From assembly GCA_963787005.1 (NCBI GenBank), contig CAWBBX010000101.1, forward strand, positions 12,835 through 76,834: DNA of 64,000 nucleotides. The letters run 5' to 3'. The position numbers were made by a program, and so were the translations under genes. Positions within the stretch are counted from its first letter, which is position 1. Each line of letters opens with the position of its first letter. The notes beneath the pieces are model-generated. The model did no database searches. It saw nothing but the letters and a program-made list of their open reading frames with translations, and was not told the origin of the DNA. This document shows, piece by piece, positions 20,084-29,729 of the stretch. This stretch comes from an uncultured Bacteroidota bacterium (GTDB taxonomy: Bacteria > Bacteroidota > Ignavibacteria > Ignavibacteriales > Ignavibacteriaceae).

Positions 20084-20820
20084 TGTCAGGTCATTCAAAA
20101 TGGGCAACCACAAAGCGTAAAAAAGCTGCCATCGATGCGAAAAGAGGAAAGCTTTTTACCAAGCTTATTAAAGAAATAACAATTGCTGCGCGCGGAGGCG
20201 GAGGCGATCCTTCCGGAAACCCGCGATTGAGACTTGCAGTCGATAATGCCAAGGCAGCCAATATGCCGCAGGATAATATCGACAGAGCCATTAAGAAAGC
20301 TACCGGCGAGCTCGACGGAGTTACGTATCACGAAATTACATACGAAGGCTACGGTCCCGCCGGAATTGCCGTGCTTGTGGAAGTCGCAACCGACAACAAG
20401 AACAGAACAGTCGCGGAAGTAAGACATCTGTTCAGCAAGAGCGGCGGAAGTTTGGGCGAATCAAATTCAGTAGCGTGGATGTTCGACAGAAAAGGCGTTA
20501 TCACAATGCCGAAGCAGGGAAAGACGGAGGACGACATAATGATGATTGTTATTGAGGCCGGCGCCGAGGATCTTCAGACAGAAGAGGATTTCTTCGAAAT
20601 ACAAACTCCTATCGAATCTTTCGAACCGGTAAGAAAATCCCTGATCGATAACGGACTAACCATCGAGAATGCTTCTCTGCAGTGGATAGCCAAGAACTAT
20701 ATAAACATCGAAGGCGAGGACGCAGAAAAAGCTATGAAATTGATAGAAGGACTCGAAGACAACGACGACGTACAGAACGTATACTCAAACGCGGATTTCG
20801 ACGAAGCTTCACTGAGCTAA
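20083..20820 (+). CDS. yebC: YebC/PmpR-family DNA-binding regulator
   Basis: [23 protein letters not shown] start. TAATG overlap with the recJ stop. Confidence 0.92.
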   Translation: MSGHSKWATTKRKKAAIDAKRGKLFTKLIKEITIAARGGGGDPSGNPRLRLAVDNAKAANMPQDNIDRAIKKATGELDGVTYHEITYEGYGPAGIAVLVEVATDNKNRTVAEVRHLFSKSGGSLGESNSVAWMFDRKGVITMPKQGKTEDDIMMIVIEAGAEDLQTEEDFFEIQTPIESFEPVRKSLIDNGLTIENASLQWIAKNYINIEGEDAEKAMKLIEGLEDNDDVQNVYSNADFDEASLS

Positions 20821-20855
20821 TTAAACATTTTCGGGGTCGTATTAAAAGCTCGGTG

Positions 20856-20939
20856 TCATTCTGATCCCGACTTGTCGGGAGAAGAATCTCAATAAATTTT
20901 AGGTAAGATTCTTCGGTCGCTCAAGCTCCCCCAGAATGA
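20856..20939. repeat. composite nested palindrome
   Basis: Outer arms GTCATTCTGA...CAGAATGAC enclose hairpins TCCCGAC-TTG-TCGGGA and GAAGAATCT...AGATTCTTC. Confidence 0.5.
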
Positions 20940-20984
20940 CAAGCAACGCTATTAACACAGCCTCATAATTTTTTTAAGTTTATA

Positions 20985-21524
20985 ATGATAATTTTAGGCG
21001 TAGATCCCGGAACTAATTTTACCGGTTACGGGATAATAAAATACGACAAGAACACGTTCACCAGAGTCGTAAACGGTCTTATAAAACTCCCCCCGTCCAA
21101 ACCGCTTCCCCTCAAACTCGGCATTATTTACGATGAGCTTGCGAACGTAATAAAGAAATATAAACCCGATGAGTTCGCGATAGAGACTGCTTTCTACGGC
21201 AAGAACGTACAGTCCGCCATGAAGATCGGCTACGCACGGGGAGTCTCGATACTTTCCGCTGTTCATAATGACCTGCCCACAAGCGAATACTCGCCGCGGG
21301 AAATTAAAAAGTCGGTTGTCGGCACCGGTGCGGCATCGAAGGAGCAGGTAAATTATATGATCCGGACTATTCTCGAAATTAGCGCCTCCGATAAAATGAA
21401 ATTCGACGAGAGCGATGCGCTCGCCGTTGCGCTCTGCCACGCGTTCAGGATGAAGTCACCCTCGAAAAAGAGCAAGGACTGGAAGGCGTTTATCGAAGCA
21501 TTCCCCGACAGGGTAATAGATTAA
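20985..21524 (+). CDS. ruvC: crossover junction endodeoxyribonuclease RuvC
   Basis: ILGVDPGTNFTGYG, E...ETAFYGKN, and DESDALAVALCH. Confidence 0.92.
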   Translation: MIILGVDPGTNFTGYGIIKYDKNTFTRVVNGLIKLPPSKPLPLKLGIIYDELANVIKKYKPDEFAIETAFYGKNVQSAMKIGYARGVSILSAVHNDLPTSEYSPREIKKSVVGTGAASKEQVNYMIRTILEISASDKMKFDESDALAVALCHAFRMKSPSKKSKDWKAFIEAFPDRVID

Positions 21525-21642
21525 ATACAGAGCTGACGCTCAACAAATCATTTTTGATTTTAATAGAACTTAAACTAAGTTTATACCTCGGCAGCGGAAA
21601 AAATTTCGCTTTTAATTATTCATTCTTAATTGAAAATTATTT

Positions 21643-22224
21643 ATGATAGGCTACCTCAAAGGGAACATACTTTCGGTGAAGCCGACAAAGGTTCTTCTGG
21701 ACGTAAACGGCGTCGGTTACGCAGTTAACATATCGATCAATACATTCGAAGAAATAAACAATAAAGACACGGCTTCGCTCTTTATTCATACCAGCGTGAG
21801 GGAGGATTCGATTACACTTTACGGTTTCTTCGCGGAGCCTGAAAAGGATATGTTCGAGCTTTTGATCTCGATAAGCGGGATCGGGCCAAAGCTGGCTCAG
21901 AGTATTCTTTCCGGTATTATGGTCGATGAACTTAAGAGCGCGATAAAGAACGGAGATACTGGAAGAATAACGGCCGCACCGGGCGTCGGTAGAAAAACCG
22001 CGGAGAGACTTGTGCTGGAGCTGAGATCCAAAGTCGATGCCGTCGCCGAAGCAGGCGGAACCGCGGACAGCAGGAGTGTAAAAGGTGAGGCGGTGTCGGC
22101 GCTTACGACTTTGGGCTACAATTTAAAGGTAGCCGAAAAGGCTGTATCGGATTCTTTATCGGCTGAGCCCGACCTTCCTCTTGAGGATTTGATAAAAAAA
22201 GCGCTGGGAGTGCTGAATAATTAG
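21643..22224 (+). CDS. ruvA: Holliday junction branch-migration complex subunit RuvA
   Basis: MIGYLKG..., HhH motifs ISGIGPKLA and PGVGRKTAERL. Confidence 0.92.
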   Translation: MIGYLKGNILSVKPTKVLLDVNGVGYAVNISINTFEEINNKDTASLFIHTSVREDSITLYGFFAEPEKDMFELLISISGIGPKLAQSILSGIMVDELKSAIKNGDTGRITAAPGVGRKTAERLVLELRSKVDAVAEAGGTADSRSVKGEAVSALTTLGYNLKVAEKAVSDSLSAEPDLPLEDLIKKALGVLNN

Positions 22225-22263
22225 CCGCCTTAATTTCCCTTTGATGATTATCCGATCTTAAAT

Positions 22264-22710
22264 TTAAAGATAGTTCTCCGGAATTTTAAGTGTTTCCGTC
22301 TGCTCGTTCCAGGCAATGCACGATATCCGCCATTTATTATTTACCTTAATAAACTGAATACTGTTTATACCCAGAGAAGACGGTTCCTTTTCCTCGAGAT
22401 CATATTTTTTCTCATAAGTGCTGAAACGGTGGGCTACCTTGCCGAAAAGTTCGGTCTTTGAAGAGATCTCGCCTTCGTAAAATGCTTTTATAACGCCGCT
22501 CTCCAGCTTATCCTTATAAATCTGAATAAAGTCATCCGCTTTCATTATCAGCGGATCACTGCCGTTGTTGTTTATCATCCGTCCGTCAGGTATCATCAGA
22601 TCGGTAAGTTTATCTACCTCCGGATACCCGCCTTCCGAAAAACATATGCAGGCGTACAATTCTTTTGCGGTTTGATTGATCTGTTCTAAATCTTCTTCTG
22701 ATTTACTCAC
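22264..22710 (-). CDS. hypothetical protein (possibly NTF2-like fold)
   Basis: Intact 148-aa ORF, 15 nt downstream of the next ORF. The family call is only a weak impression from the C-terminal ...IQFIKVNNKWRISCIAW. Confidence 0.45.
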   Translation of the reverse strand: MSKSEEDLEQINQTAKELYACICFSEGGYPEVDKLTDLMIPDGRMINNNGSDPLIMKADDFIQIYKDKLESGVIKAFYEGEISSKTELFGKVAHRFSTYEKKYDLEEKEPSSLGINSIQFIKVNNKWRISCIAWNEQTETLKIPENYL

Positions 22711-22725
22711 TGTAATTCCTCCCTT

Positions 22726-23361
22726 TTAATAAACCGTCCACGAATCTTCCATTCGTATTATCCTTGCTGTTAATTTTTCCATATCCTTTTCCATCCCGGC
22801 TTTTACTCTGAGTATTTGAAGTTTATTCTGTACAAAATCGAAGTGAGATTTTTCGGAATCCCATAAAGTCAGCACCAGGAAATCGGATTCAATTTCCTTT
22901 CGTTTCGTAAAATAACCACCGAGCATTCCGTTTACTTCCGCCATGCCCGGTTTCCATGCCGTGTTCTGCGACTCAATATACTGTTCCTGCCTCCCAAGGT
23001 ATGTTGTGCATTCCGTGCTTCTTATTAATTTTGAATTCTCAATTAATTCGGGAATATCTTGCTGCGTCTCACTGAATTCAAACATAGAATCATACAAAGA
23101 TATTGCAATGGAGACATATGTTTCCGTCTGTCCGCTGTTATTTAAAATATTATCGTGGACACTTTGCATAAAACAAAGATAAGAAGAATGGTCCCGCCAA
23201 ATTGAAAGTATGCAAGCTTCATTATCGTTGTGTATATTCCATCCTCCGGTTTGGGCAATAAAACCTTCGGTTCCTTTAACGGCCTGCCATTGTTCCTGCG
23301 CAGCGGAAAATAGATTCTTGTTTTGCGATTCGACCAGGCACTTTATCCATTTGACAAGCAT
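22726..23361 (-). CDS. hypothetical protein (DUF4937-like impression)
   Basis: Intact 211-aa ORF. The N-terminus MLVKWIKCLV...FSAAQEQWQAVKGTEGFIAQTGGW recalls DUF4937/ABM-fold proteins. Not verifiable here. Confidence 0.45.
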   Translation of the reverse strand: MLVKWIKCLVESQNKNLFSAAQEQWQAVKGTEGFIAQTGGWNIHNDNEACILSIWRDHSSYLCFMQSVHDNILNNSGQTETYVSIAISLYDSMFEFSETQQDIPELIENSKLIRSTECTTYLGRQEQYIESQNTAWKPGMAEVNGMLGGYFTKRKEIESDFLVLTLWDSEKSHFDFVQNKLQILRVKAGMEKDMEKLTARIIRMEDSWTVY

Positions 23362-23629
23362 AATATCCCCTGAATTACTTGTATTTACGGACCTTGAATT
23401 TAACTTGCAGCTGGAAATTGCGGAATGTCATCCCCTCGGAAAGTAAGTATTTCTACAGCTTCAAAACCGGTTTTCCCCTCTCTTCAGCTCAGTAAAAAAA
23501 AATTCCAATTGATAGATAACTTATTTTTGGAAATATATCCACATAATTCTTTAACCGGGGCAAAAAATAACAGGAAGTACTTAGAGCTTACCGGACGCTT
23601 CTTTTTCGGGAAATGATAATTTTAATCGA

Positions 23630-24184
23630 CTAATCCTGTTTGGTCATTATAAACTTATTCGGATCGTAGGCCTGCTCCCTCAGAATGGAAAATATTTTCT
23701 GCAGGTCGTCTTCGGATAGTTTTTTCGTCCGGCTTAATATCCAGCCGTATTTCCTGGTAGGTGTACCAACAACAGCGTACCGGTAATTGTCATCAAGTCC
23801 GATTATCCAATAATCCCCCCAGAATAAATGGAAACCGAGAATACTTACGAAGCTTACCTCCAGCTTTGAATTGGTCTTGCCGTCGGCTACCTTGGCAATA
23901 CCATCCGCCTCGTTTACCTCTCCATTGTCTTCTATGCATTTGTTTATAACGTCGATCTTACCGTCTTCTCTCAGTTTGTATGTAGCCGTGGTGTTTTTAG
24001 CGCAGCTTTTCTGAAAACGGTTCGGTATTTTAGCTATCTCGTACCATGTACCGGCATACTTCTGCAGATCGACCTTGCTTACCGTAGCCGGCTCGCTCTT
24101 TTCGGAATCTTGCGCGCTAGCGTTAACGACCAATAAAATAGAAAGGAAAAACAGCGCATAAAACATTTTAAATATATCGTTCAC
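23630..24184 (-). CDS. blc: bacterial lipocalin (Blc-like)
   Basis: Signal peptide, then the YAGTWYEIAKIPNRFQK lipocalin signature. Confidence 0.85.
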   Translation of the reverse strand: MNDIFKMFYALFFLSILLVVNASAQDSEKSEPATVSKVDLQKYAGTWYEIAKIPNRFQKSCAKNTTATYKLREDGKIDVINKCIEDNGEVNEADGIAKVADGKTNSKLEVSFVSILGFHLFWGDYWIIGLDDNYRYAVVGTPTRKYGWILSRTKKLSEDDLQKIFSILREQAYDPNKFIMTKQD

Positions 24185-24260
24185 GTTAACTCCCCTTCTG
24201 TTTTTTTTGATGGCTTACATTTTCGCAAATTATAACAATGCAGGTTTTGCGAAAGAACAA

Positions 24261-24914
24261 TTAAACTATTTCGGCCTCGATAGTTCCTATGCCGGTTATA
24301 TTTCCTTCCAGCTTGTCCCCTACTTCAACCTTGCTCACTCCGGCCGGAGTACCGGTATAAACCAGATCGCCCTCTTCCAGAGTCATAACGGAGGAGATAT
24401 ACCTTACAAGTTCGGCAGGGGAAAAGATCATCATATTCAATTTCTCCGACTGCCGCACTTCCCCGTTAACCTTGAGCGTAATAGTTTCGTTTAAATCGAG
24501 ATGATAATCATCCTTAGAAATAAAATCCGATATCACAGCGGAAGTATCGAAACATTTTGCCAATGTCCACGGCTTTCCTTCCTTCTTTAACGTTGCCTGC
24601 ACGTCTCGCGCTGTCATGTCCAAACCCACACCGTAACCCGATATCGCATCCCCGGCTTCTTCTAAAGTACAGTCCTTTGTTTTTGTTCCGATGAGAAGCA
24701 CGAGCTCAATTTCATGGTGAAGATCTTTTGAAAAGGAAGGATGAATTATTTTTTCGCCCGAATATATCATCGCGGAAGCCGGCTTTAAAAATAATATCGG
24801 CTCGGCCGGAACTTCGTTCCCTAGTTCTTTCGCGTGTTCGGCATAGTTGCGTCCTACGCATACAATTTTGCCTACGTTTATTCTTTCTTTGTTCTTAAGA
24901 TTAATTGATTTCAT
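24261..24914 (-). CDS. fumarylacetoacetate hydrolase-family protein
   Basis: KIVCVGRNYAEHAKE, HHEIELV, GDLVYTGTPAGV. Confidence 0.88.
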   Translation of the reverse strand: MKSINLKNKERINVGKIVCVGRNYAEHAKELGNEVPAEPILFLKPASAMIYSGEKIIHPSFSKDLHHEIELVLLIGTKTKDCTLEEAGDAISGYGVGLDMTARDVQATLKKEGKPWTLAKCFDTSAVISDFISKDDYHLDLNETITLKVNGEVRQSEKLNMMIFSPAELVRYISSVMTLEEGDLVYTGTPAGVSKVEVGDKLEGNITGIGTIEAEIV

Positions 24915-24989
24915 AAATTTGTCTGTTGTAAGTTGTTTGTGGTTTGTTGTATGATTTAATTTAATATAGCGTTAAAATTAATTAAAAAG

Positions 24990-25109
24990 GATGAAAATCC
25001 GTAGCGCAGACTATTAGTCTGCGCAATAAAAAAAAGATGAAATCCGCAGTGCAGACTATTAGTCTGCGCAATTATAAACCAAGCACGCAGACCGGTGGTC
25101 TGCGCTACG
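24990..25109. repeat. cluster of three REP-like palindromes
   Basis: GTAGCGCAGACTATTAGTCTGCGC (25001-25024). A tandem degenerate copy with duplicated flank (25046-25069). An inverted copy, GCACGCAGACCGGTGGTCTGCGCTAC (25083-25108). Confidence 0.6.
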
Positions 25110-25139
25110 TAAAATCAACAGCCGCCGGCCAACAGCCGA

Positions 25140-26396
25140 TTACGTTTTCTGTTTTTTCTTCTTCGCCGCGGGGAATAAGACATTATTCAATATAAGTCGG
25201 TATCCGGGTGAATTTTTGTGAAGCGATAAATCAGTAGGGGGATCTCCGACGAGGTGCTCATAAGCTTCAGGATCGTGGCCGCCGTAAAAAGTAAAAGTGC
25301 CGCGGCCGTAATTTCCGTGGATATATTTTACCTGATCGGTTCCCTGGCGCTTAGCGAGGATAGTCACGTTCTTTTTTATATTCTCTTGGTGGAACATAGT
25401 CGTTTGCCCCATAAAACCGCGTATAACGTTTACGTGATCCTGCGTGAGCATTGTGGGTACAGGATCGTATTTAGCCGAGAAATCAAAGAGAGTGAAATAA
25501 TCGTTGTCCCGGTTCCCTATCTCACTCGGCTGAACATCTATACTGCTGAACTCGTAAACGTACGGATTCATTTCAAGCTTAAAGTTTGTAAACGCGAGAG
25601 TATTGGAGAAGTCCAGCTTTTGCTGCGCATCCGGATCGGGCGGATCGCCGTCGAACATTGAGGAACAGATATCCACGTTATGCGCGGCGAGGGCGATGTC
25701 GAAAGAATCGGTAGCCGAGCACATTGCGAAGAGGAAGCCACCTTTGCCCACATAATCCTTTATCTTTTCGGCTACCGTTTTCATCATATCCGAAACTTTC
25801 TTGAAACCGTTCTTCTTTGCGTCATTCTCGTACTGGATCTGGTTATCTATGTACCACTGTGCATTGCTGAAGCTTGCGTAGAACTTTCCGTACTGTCCGG
25901 TAAAATCCTCATGGTGAAGATGAAGCCAGTCGTACTTTGCAAGTTCCCCGTTTAATATCTCGTCGTTCCAAATTTTTGTGTAGGGAATCTTTGCGTAGTC
26001 GAGCACCATGGTTACCGCGTCGTCCCAGGGCTGAAAGCTCGGCGGTACGTACACTGCGATCTTCGGGGCTTTCTCCAGTTGTACCACAGCCATGTTGTTA
26101 TCGTCGCTTTGAACTGTAGAATAAATATCAGCGGCTTGAGATGTGGTTAAAGGTTCGAAAGCTACTCCTTCCACCCGGCATTCGTTTGCGATTTTATCCG
26201 TGTAGTTCAACATAAACGACCCGCCGCGGTAATTTAAAAGCCAGTCGGCTTTTTCCCCGCGAGCCAGAACATGGTATGTAATGCCGTAAGCCTTAAGGTG
26301 GTCGCTTTGCTTAAGATCCATGTATATTAATATCTTCGATTGGGGGAATGTAAGGAACGGGAACAATACAAGAAGGAGCACAAATTTCTTCAACAT
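25140..26396 (-). CDS. conserved-looking secreted protein of unknown function
   Basis: 418 aa with a signal peptide (MLKKFVLLLVLFPFLTFPQS) and a Lys-rich C-terminus. A possible nucleophile-elbow-like FLFAMCSATD is only suggestive. Confidence 0.55.
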   Translation of the reverse strand: MLKKFVLLLVLFPFLTFPQSKILIYMDLKQSDHLKAYGITYHVLARGEKADWLLNYRGGSFMLNYTDKIANECRVEGVAFEPLTTSQAADIYSTVQSDDNNMAVVQLEKAPKIAVYVPPSFQPWDDAVTMVLDYAKIPYTKIWNDEILNGELAKYDWLHLHHEDFTGQYGKFYASFSNAQWYIDNQIQYENDAKKNGFKKVSDMMKTVAEKIKDYVGKGGFLFAMCSATDSFDIALAAHNVDICSSMFDGDPPDPDAQQKLDFSNTLAFTNFKLEMNPYVYEFSSIDVQPSEIGNRDNDYFTLFDFSAKYDPVPTMLTQDHVNVIRGFMGQTTMFHQENIKKNVTILAKRQGTDQVKYIHGNYGRGTFTFYGGHDPEAYEHLVGDPPTDLSLHKNSPGYRLILNNVLFPAAKKKKQKT

Positions 26397-26472
26397 TTCA
26401 CACCATATCTCTATAAAAGTAGAGGGCGATCATAAGAGACCGCCCAAATTAAATAATATTTCCGGAAAACTG

Positions 26473-27726
26473 TTATGCCGATTTCCTATCGGCTTCCAGA
26501 TAAATCGGCTCTTCCCCGTGTAACACCACATCCTTGGTGATGATGCATTTTTCCACGTTTTCCTTTGATGGAAGATCATACATAATATCCAGCATAAAGT
26601 CCTCAACGATCGATCTCAAAGCTCTCGCGCCCGTCTTTCTTTCCATCGCTCTCTCAACTATCGCGTCGATAGCGAACGGATCAAACTCCAGTTCGATACT
26701 TTCAATCATGAGAAGTTTTTTATACTGCTTTAATATCGCGTTCTTCGGCTCGACGAGTATCTTCTTGAAAGCTTCCTTGGAAAGAGGCTGAAGAGGTGCG
26801 ATGACGGGGATTCTCCCTATAAGCTCGGGAATAAGTCCGTACCGCAGAAGATCCTCGGGCAGAATATATTTCAACAGATCTTCTTCCCCGGTATTCTTTT
26901 TTAAACCGTCGGAAGAAAAGCCCATGCGGTTCTTGTTTATCCTGGAGGCAATGATCTTATCGATGCCCTCGAAAGCGCCGCCGACAACAAACAAAATATT
27001 CTTCGTATTAATATTTATGAGACTCTGCTCGGGATGCTTTCTTCCGCCTTTGGGAGGAACTCCCGCAACGGTGCCTTCGAGTATCTTCAATAACGCCTGC
27101 TGAACGCCTTCGCCCGAAACATCCCTGGTAATGGATGTGCTTTCGCTCTTGCGCGCTATCTTGTCGATCTCATCTATGTAAACGATTCCCTTCTGCGCTC
27201 TTTCGAGATTGTAGTCTGCGGCCTGCAGAAGATGAACGAGAACGGTTTCAACGTCGTCGCCCACGTAGCCGGCTTCGGTAAGAGTAGTAGCGTCGGCAAT
27301 AGCGAAAGGTACATCGAGAATGCGGGCAAGTGTCTGCGCCAGTAAAGTTTTGCCCACGCCGGTAGGACCGATCATTAGAATATTGCTTTTTTCTATCTCA
27401 ACGTCATCCAGCTCGAAGAAGGACGATTTCGAGTTTATTCTCTTGTAATGATTATAAACGGCAACGGAAAGTACTTTCTTAGCCTTATCCTGACCGATAA
27501 CGTACTCATCCAATGTCTTTTTAATCGACTCAGGCGTATGCACAACTGAGCTTTTTGTCTTAGCGTTGTTAAATGCAGCCAGGTTGTTCTTCAAAATATC
27601 TACGCTGCTGCCTATACAAATGTCGCAGATATAAACATCGGGACCGGCAATCATACTGCCTACTTCGTTGCCGTCTCTCCCGCAAAACGAACATTTAACT
27701 ATTTTCTGATTCTGTTTTTTACCCAT
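26473..27726 (-). CDS. clpX: ATP-dependent Clp protease ATP-binding subunit ClpX
   Basis: N-terminal Zn finger CSFCGR...CDIC, Walker A GPTGVGKT, Walker [10 protein letters not shown]. Confidence 0.95.
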   Translation of the reverse strand: MGKKQNQKIVKCSFCGRDGNEVGSMIAGPDVYICDICIGSSVDILKNNLAAFNNAKTKSSVVHTPESIKKTLDEYVIGQDKAKKVLSVAVYNHYKRINSKSSFFELDDVEIEKSNILMIGPTGVGKTLLAQTLARILDVPFAIADATTLTEAGYVGDDVETVLVHLLQAADYNLERAQKGIVYIDEIDKIARKSESTSITRDVSGEGVQQALLKILEGTVAGVPPKGGRKHPEQSLININTKNILFVVGGAFEGIDKIIASRINKNRMGFSSDGLKKNTGEEDLLKYILPEDLLRYGLIPELIGRIPVIAPLQPLSKEAFKKILVEPKNAILKQYKKLLMIESIELEFDPFAIDAIVERAMERKTGARALRSIVEDFMLDIMYDLPSKENVEKCIITKDVVLHGEEPIYLEADRKSA

Positions 27727-27735
27727 TATCCTTCT

Positions 27736-29583
27736 TTAACCTATTTTATCCTTCAATTTTACTATTTGGTTCCTCGCTTCATCAAGATATAATGAGTCGG
27801 GGAATTTTGCAAGTAAATTTTCATAAGCGGAAACGGCTTTTGCGCTGTCGTTTAGACCAAATTGATAAATCTTGCCCACCAAATATAACGCTTTATCCGC
27901 ATAAATATTCTTTTCTTTGTCATCGGCAATTTGCTCCAAAAGTTTAATGGAATCCTCCGTATTATTCAATCCCAATTCCATTTCGGCGTATCTGAAAGCC
28001 GCCATGTTCTGAAGCATAAACTTCTGCTGCTCGCCGGCGACTTCCTTATAAAGAGCGGCCGCTTCCTTAAAATTCTTCTGCGCAGCAAGGAACTCGGCTT
28101 TTGCGAATGTTACAAGATTAGACGAATCATTCTTAGATGAGTTCAATAGCATTGATAACTCCAGCGCGTCGTTTGCGTTATCATCTTTCAGGTTATCCAT
28201 AATTCCGCTCAGCACGTCGCCGGCTTTACCGAAATTGCCTCTGTAAAAATCAATTCTGGCTAATTTATATTTTGCCAGACTTTTCTTATCCGCCGGATAC
28301 CTGCCGCCCTTTATTACGTCATCCAGGAATTTTTCCGCCGCGTTCAAATCGCCCTGCAACAAAGAAGCATCGCTTAATTGAATATATGTGTCGGGCGCGG
28401 TTTTAGACATCGGCGATTCGTCGACTATCTTATGGAAATATTTTTCCGCATCGGCGGGATCGTTCTGCCTGTCCATTTTTATCTCGCCTACTCTGAGATA
28501 AGCTTCATAAGCTGTCTCAGAATGCGGATAAGCTTTGGTGAGATCGAGGTACGCGCTTATAACTTTATCAATTTCCCCATTCCCGGTATTATCCAATTTG
28601 TAATACGGCTTCCAAGACGGAACCTGCGTCTCCCGGCTTTTTTCAAGAGAAGCTTCCAGTGATTTCGCGTAACCCAGCTTCGCACGTGAGATAAAAGGAG
28701 AATCGGGGTACTTATTAATAATTTTTGTAAAAACTTTAGATGATGTTTCGTATACTCCCTCGTTGTAGAGAAAATTAGCGAAGTTATAAAGCTCGGCGCC
28801 CTGGTTGCTCTGCTGTTCGTCAATTTGAAGATAAAGGTCATACGCATTATCATATTGCTTATCGGATACATAGAGCCGAGCCAGGAGAAACTTATAGCTT
28901 ATGTTATCGGAATCGCTCTCATACTTTTTAACAACGTCCAGCGTCTGCTTCAGCGCGTCTGCTTTATCGATGTAGTTTAATATCTTTCCTTCAATCGGTT
29001 TTAATTGATTCGGATCTTTGGAAAGCAGAAAGCAGTATTCTTCCGCCGCGTTTTTGTACTGCATCGTAACGGAATAAAGAGTGGCGAGATCGTAACCGAA
29101 GAACATCGGGTTCTTGGAAATATCCTGGCCTTTTTTCAGATATTCTATTCCTTTATCGAATGCTCTCCTCTCGAGTGCGTAGTTGGCGAGTACCCTGTAA
29201 TTCACCTCGCTCTGAGGAAGCTTTTTAAGAGCGCTGTCCCAGATTTCGAAAGCCTTATTCTCATCGCCTTTCAGGTAATAAGTGTTGCCGAGGAGCCCGT
29301 ACAAATTTACGTCCGGAGCTGAGCCGTTCATCTTATTCTCAATCAGCGCGATGGAGGCGTCGTACTTCTTAAGCTGCACGTAAATTTGGTTGAGCGACTG
29401 GAAAAACTGGTAGTTGCTGGGCTGCAGATTATACAGATCCCTGAAAAGCGGCTCGGCTTTCTGGTACTGGCCGGCCTGCAGGTAATTCTGCGCCAGCATA
29501 TAGCGGTTGTTTAAATCATTACGGTTCTGCGCCGGAATAATTGCGGCGGCAAGCAGTATGATTGCTAAAATCTTCGAAAACAT
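27736..29583 (-). CDS. secreted TPR-repeat protein
   Basis: 615 aa with a signal peptide and many TPR-like repeats. Confidence 0.75.
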   Translation of the reverse strand: MFSKILAIILLAAAIIPAQNRNDLNNRYMLAQNYLQAGQYQKAEPLFRDLYNLQPSNYQFFQSLNQIYVQLKKYDASIALIENKMNGSAPDVNLYGLLGNTYYLKGDENKAFEIWDSALKKLPQSEVNYRVLANYALERRAFDKGIEYLKKGQDISKNPMFFGYDLATLYSVTMQYKNAAEEYCFLLSKDPNQLKPIEGKILNYIDKADALKQTLDVVKKYESDSDNISYKFLLARLYVSDKQYDNAYDLYLQIDEQQSNQGAELYNFANFLYNEGVYETSSKVFTKIINKYPDSPFISRAKLGYAKSLEASLEKSRETQVPSWKPYYKLDNTGNGEIDKVISAYLDLTKAYPHSETAYEAYLRVGEIKMDRQNDPADAEKYFHKIVDESPMSKTAPDTYIQLSDASLLQGDLNAAEKFLDDVIKGGRYPADKKSLAKYKLARIDFYRGNFGKAGDVLSGIMDNLKDDNANDALELSMLLNSSKNDSSNLVTFAKAEFLAAQKNFKEAAALYKEVAGEQQKFMLQNMAAFRYAEMELGLNNTEDSIKLLEQIADDKEKNIYADKALYLVGKIYQFGLNDSAKAVSAYENLLAKFPDSLYLDEARNQIVKLKDKIG

Positions 29584-29729
29584 GCCCCAAAAATAGTAAA
29601 TAATGAGGGGGTTTCAAGGGCATTTATTAATAGTATCCGGAACTTTCGATTGATTTTTCATATTTGGAGATTTAAGGAAAAACGCTCAATTTTCAAAAGA
29701 TTTCCGATTTTTATATTCAGCGCGGATTT

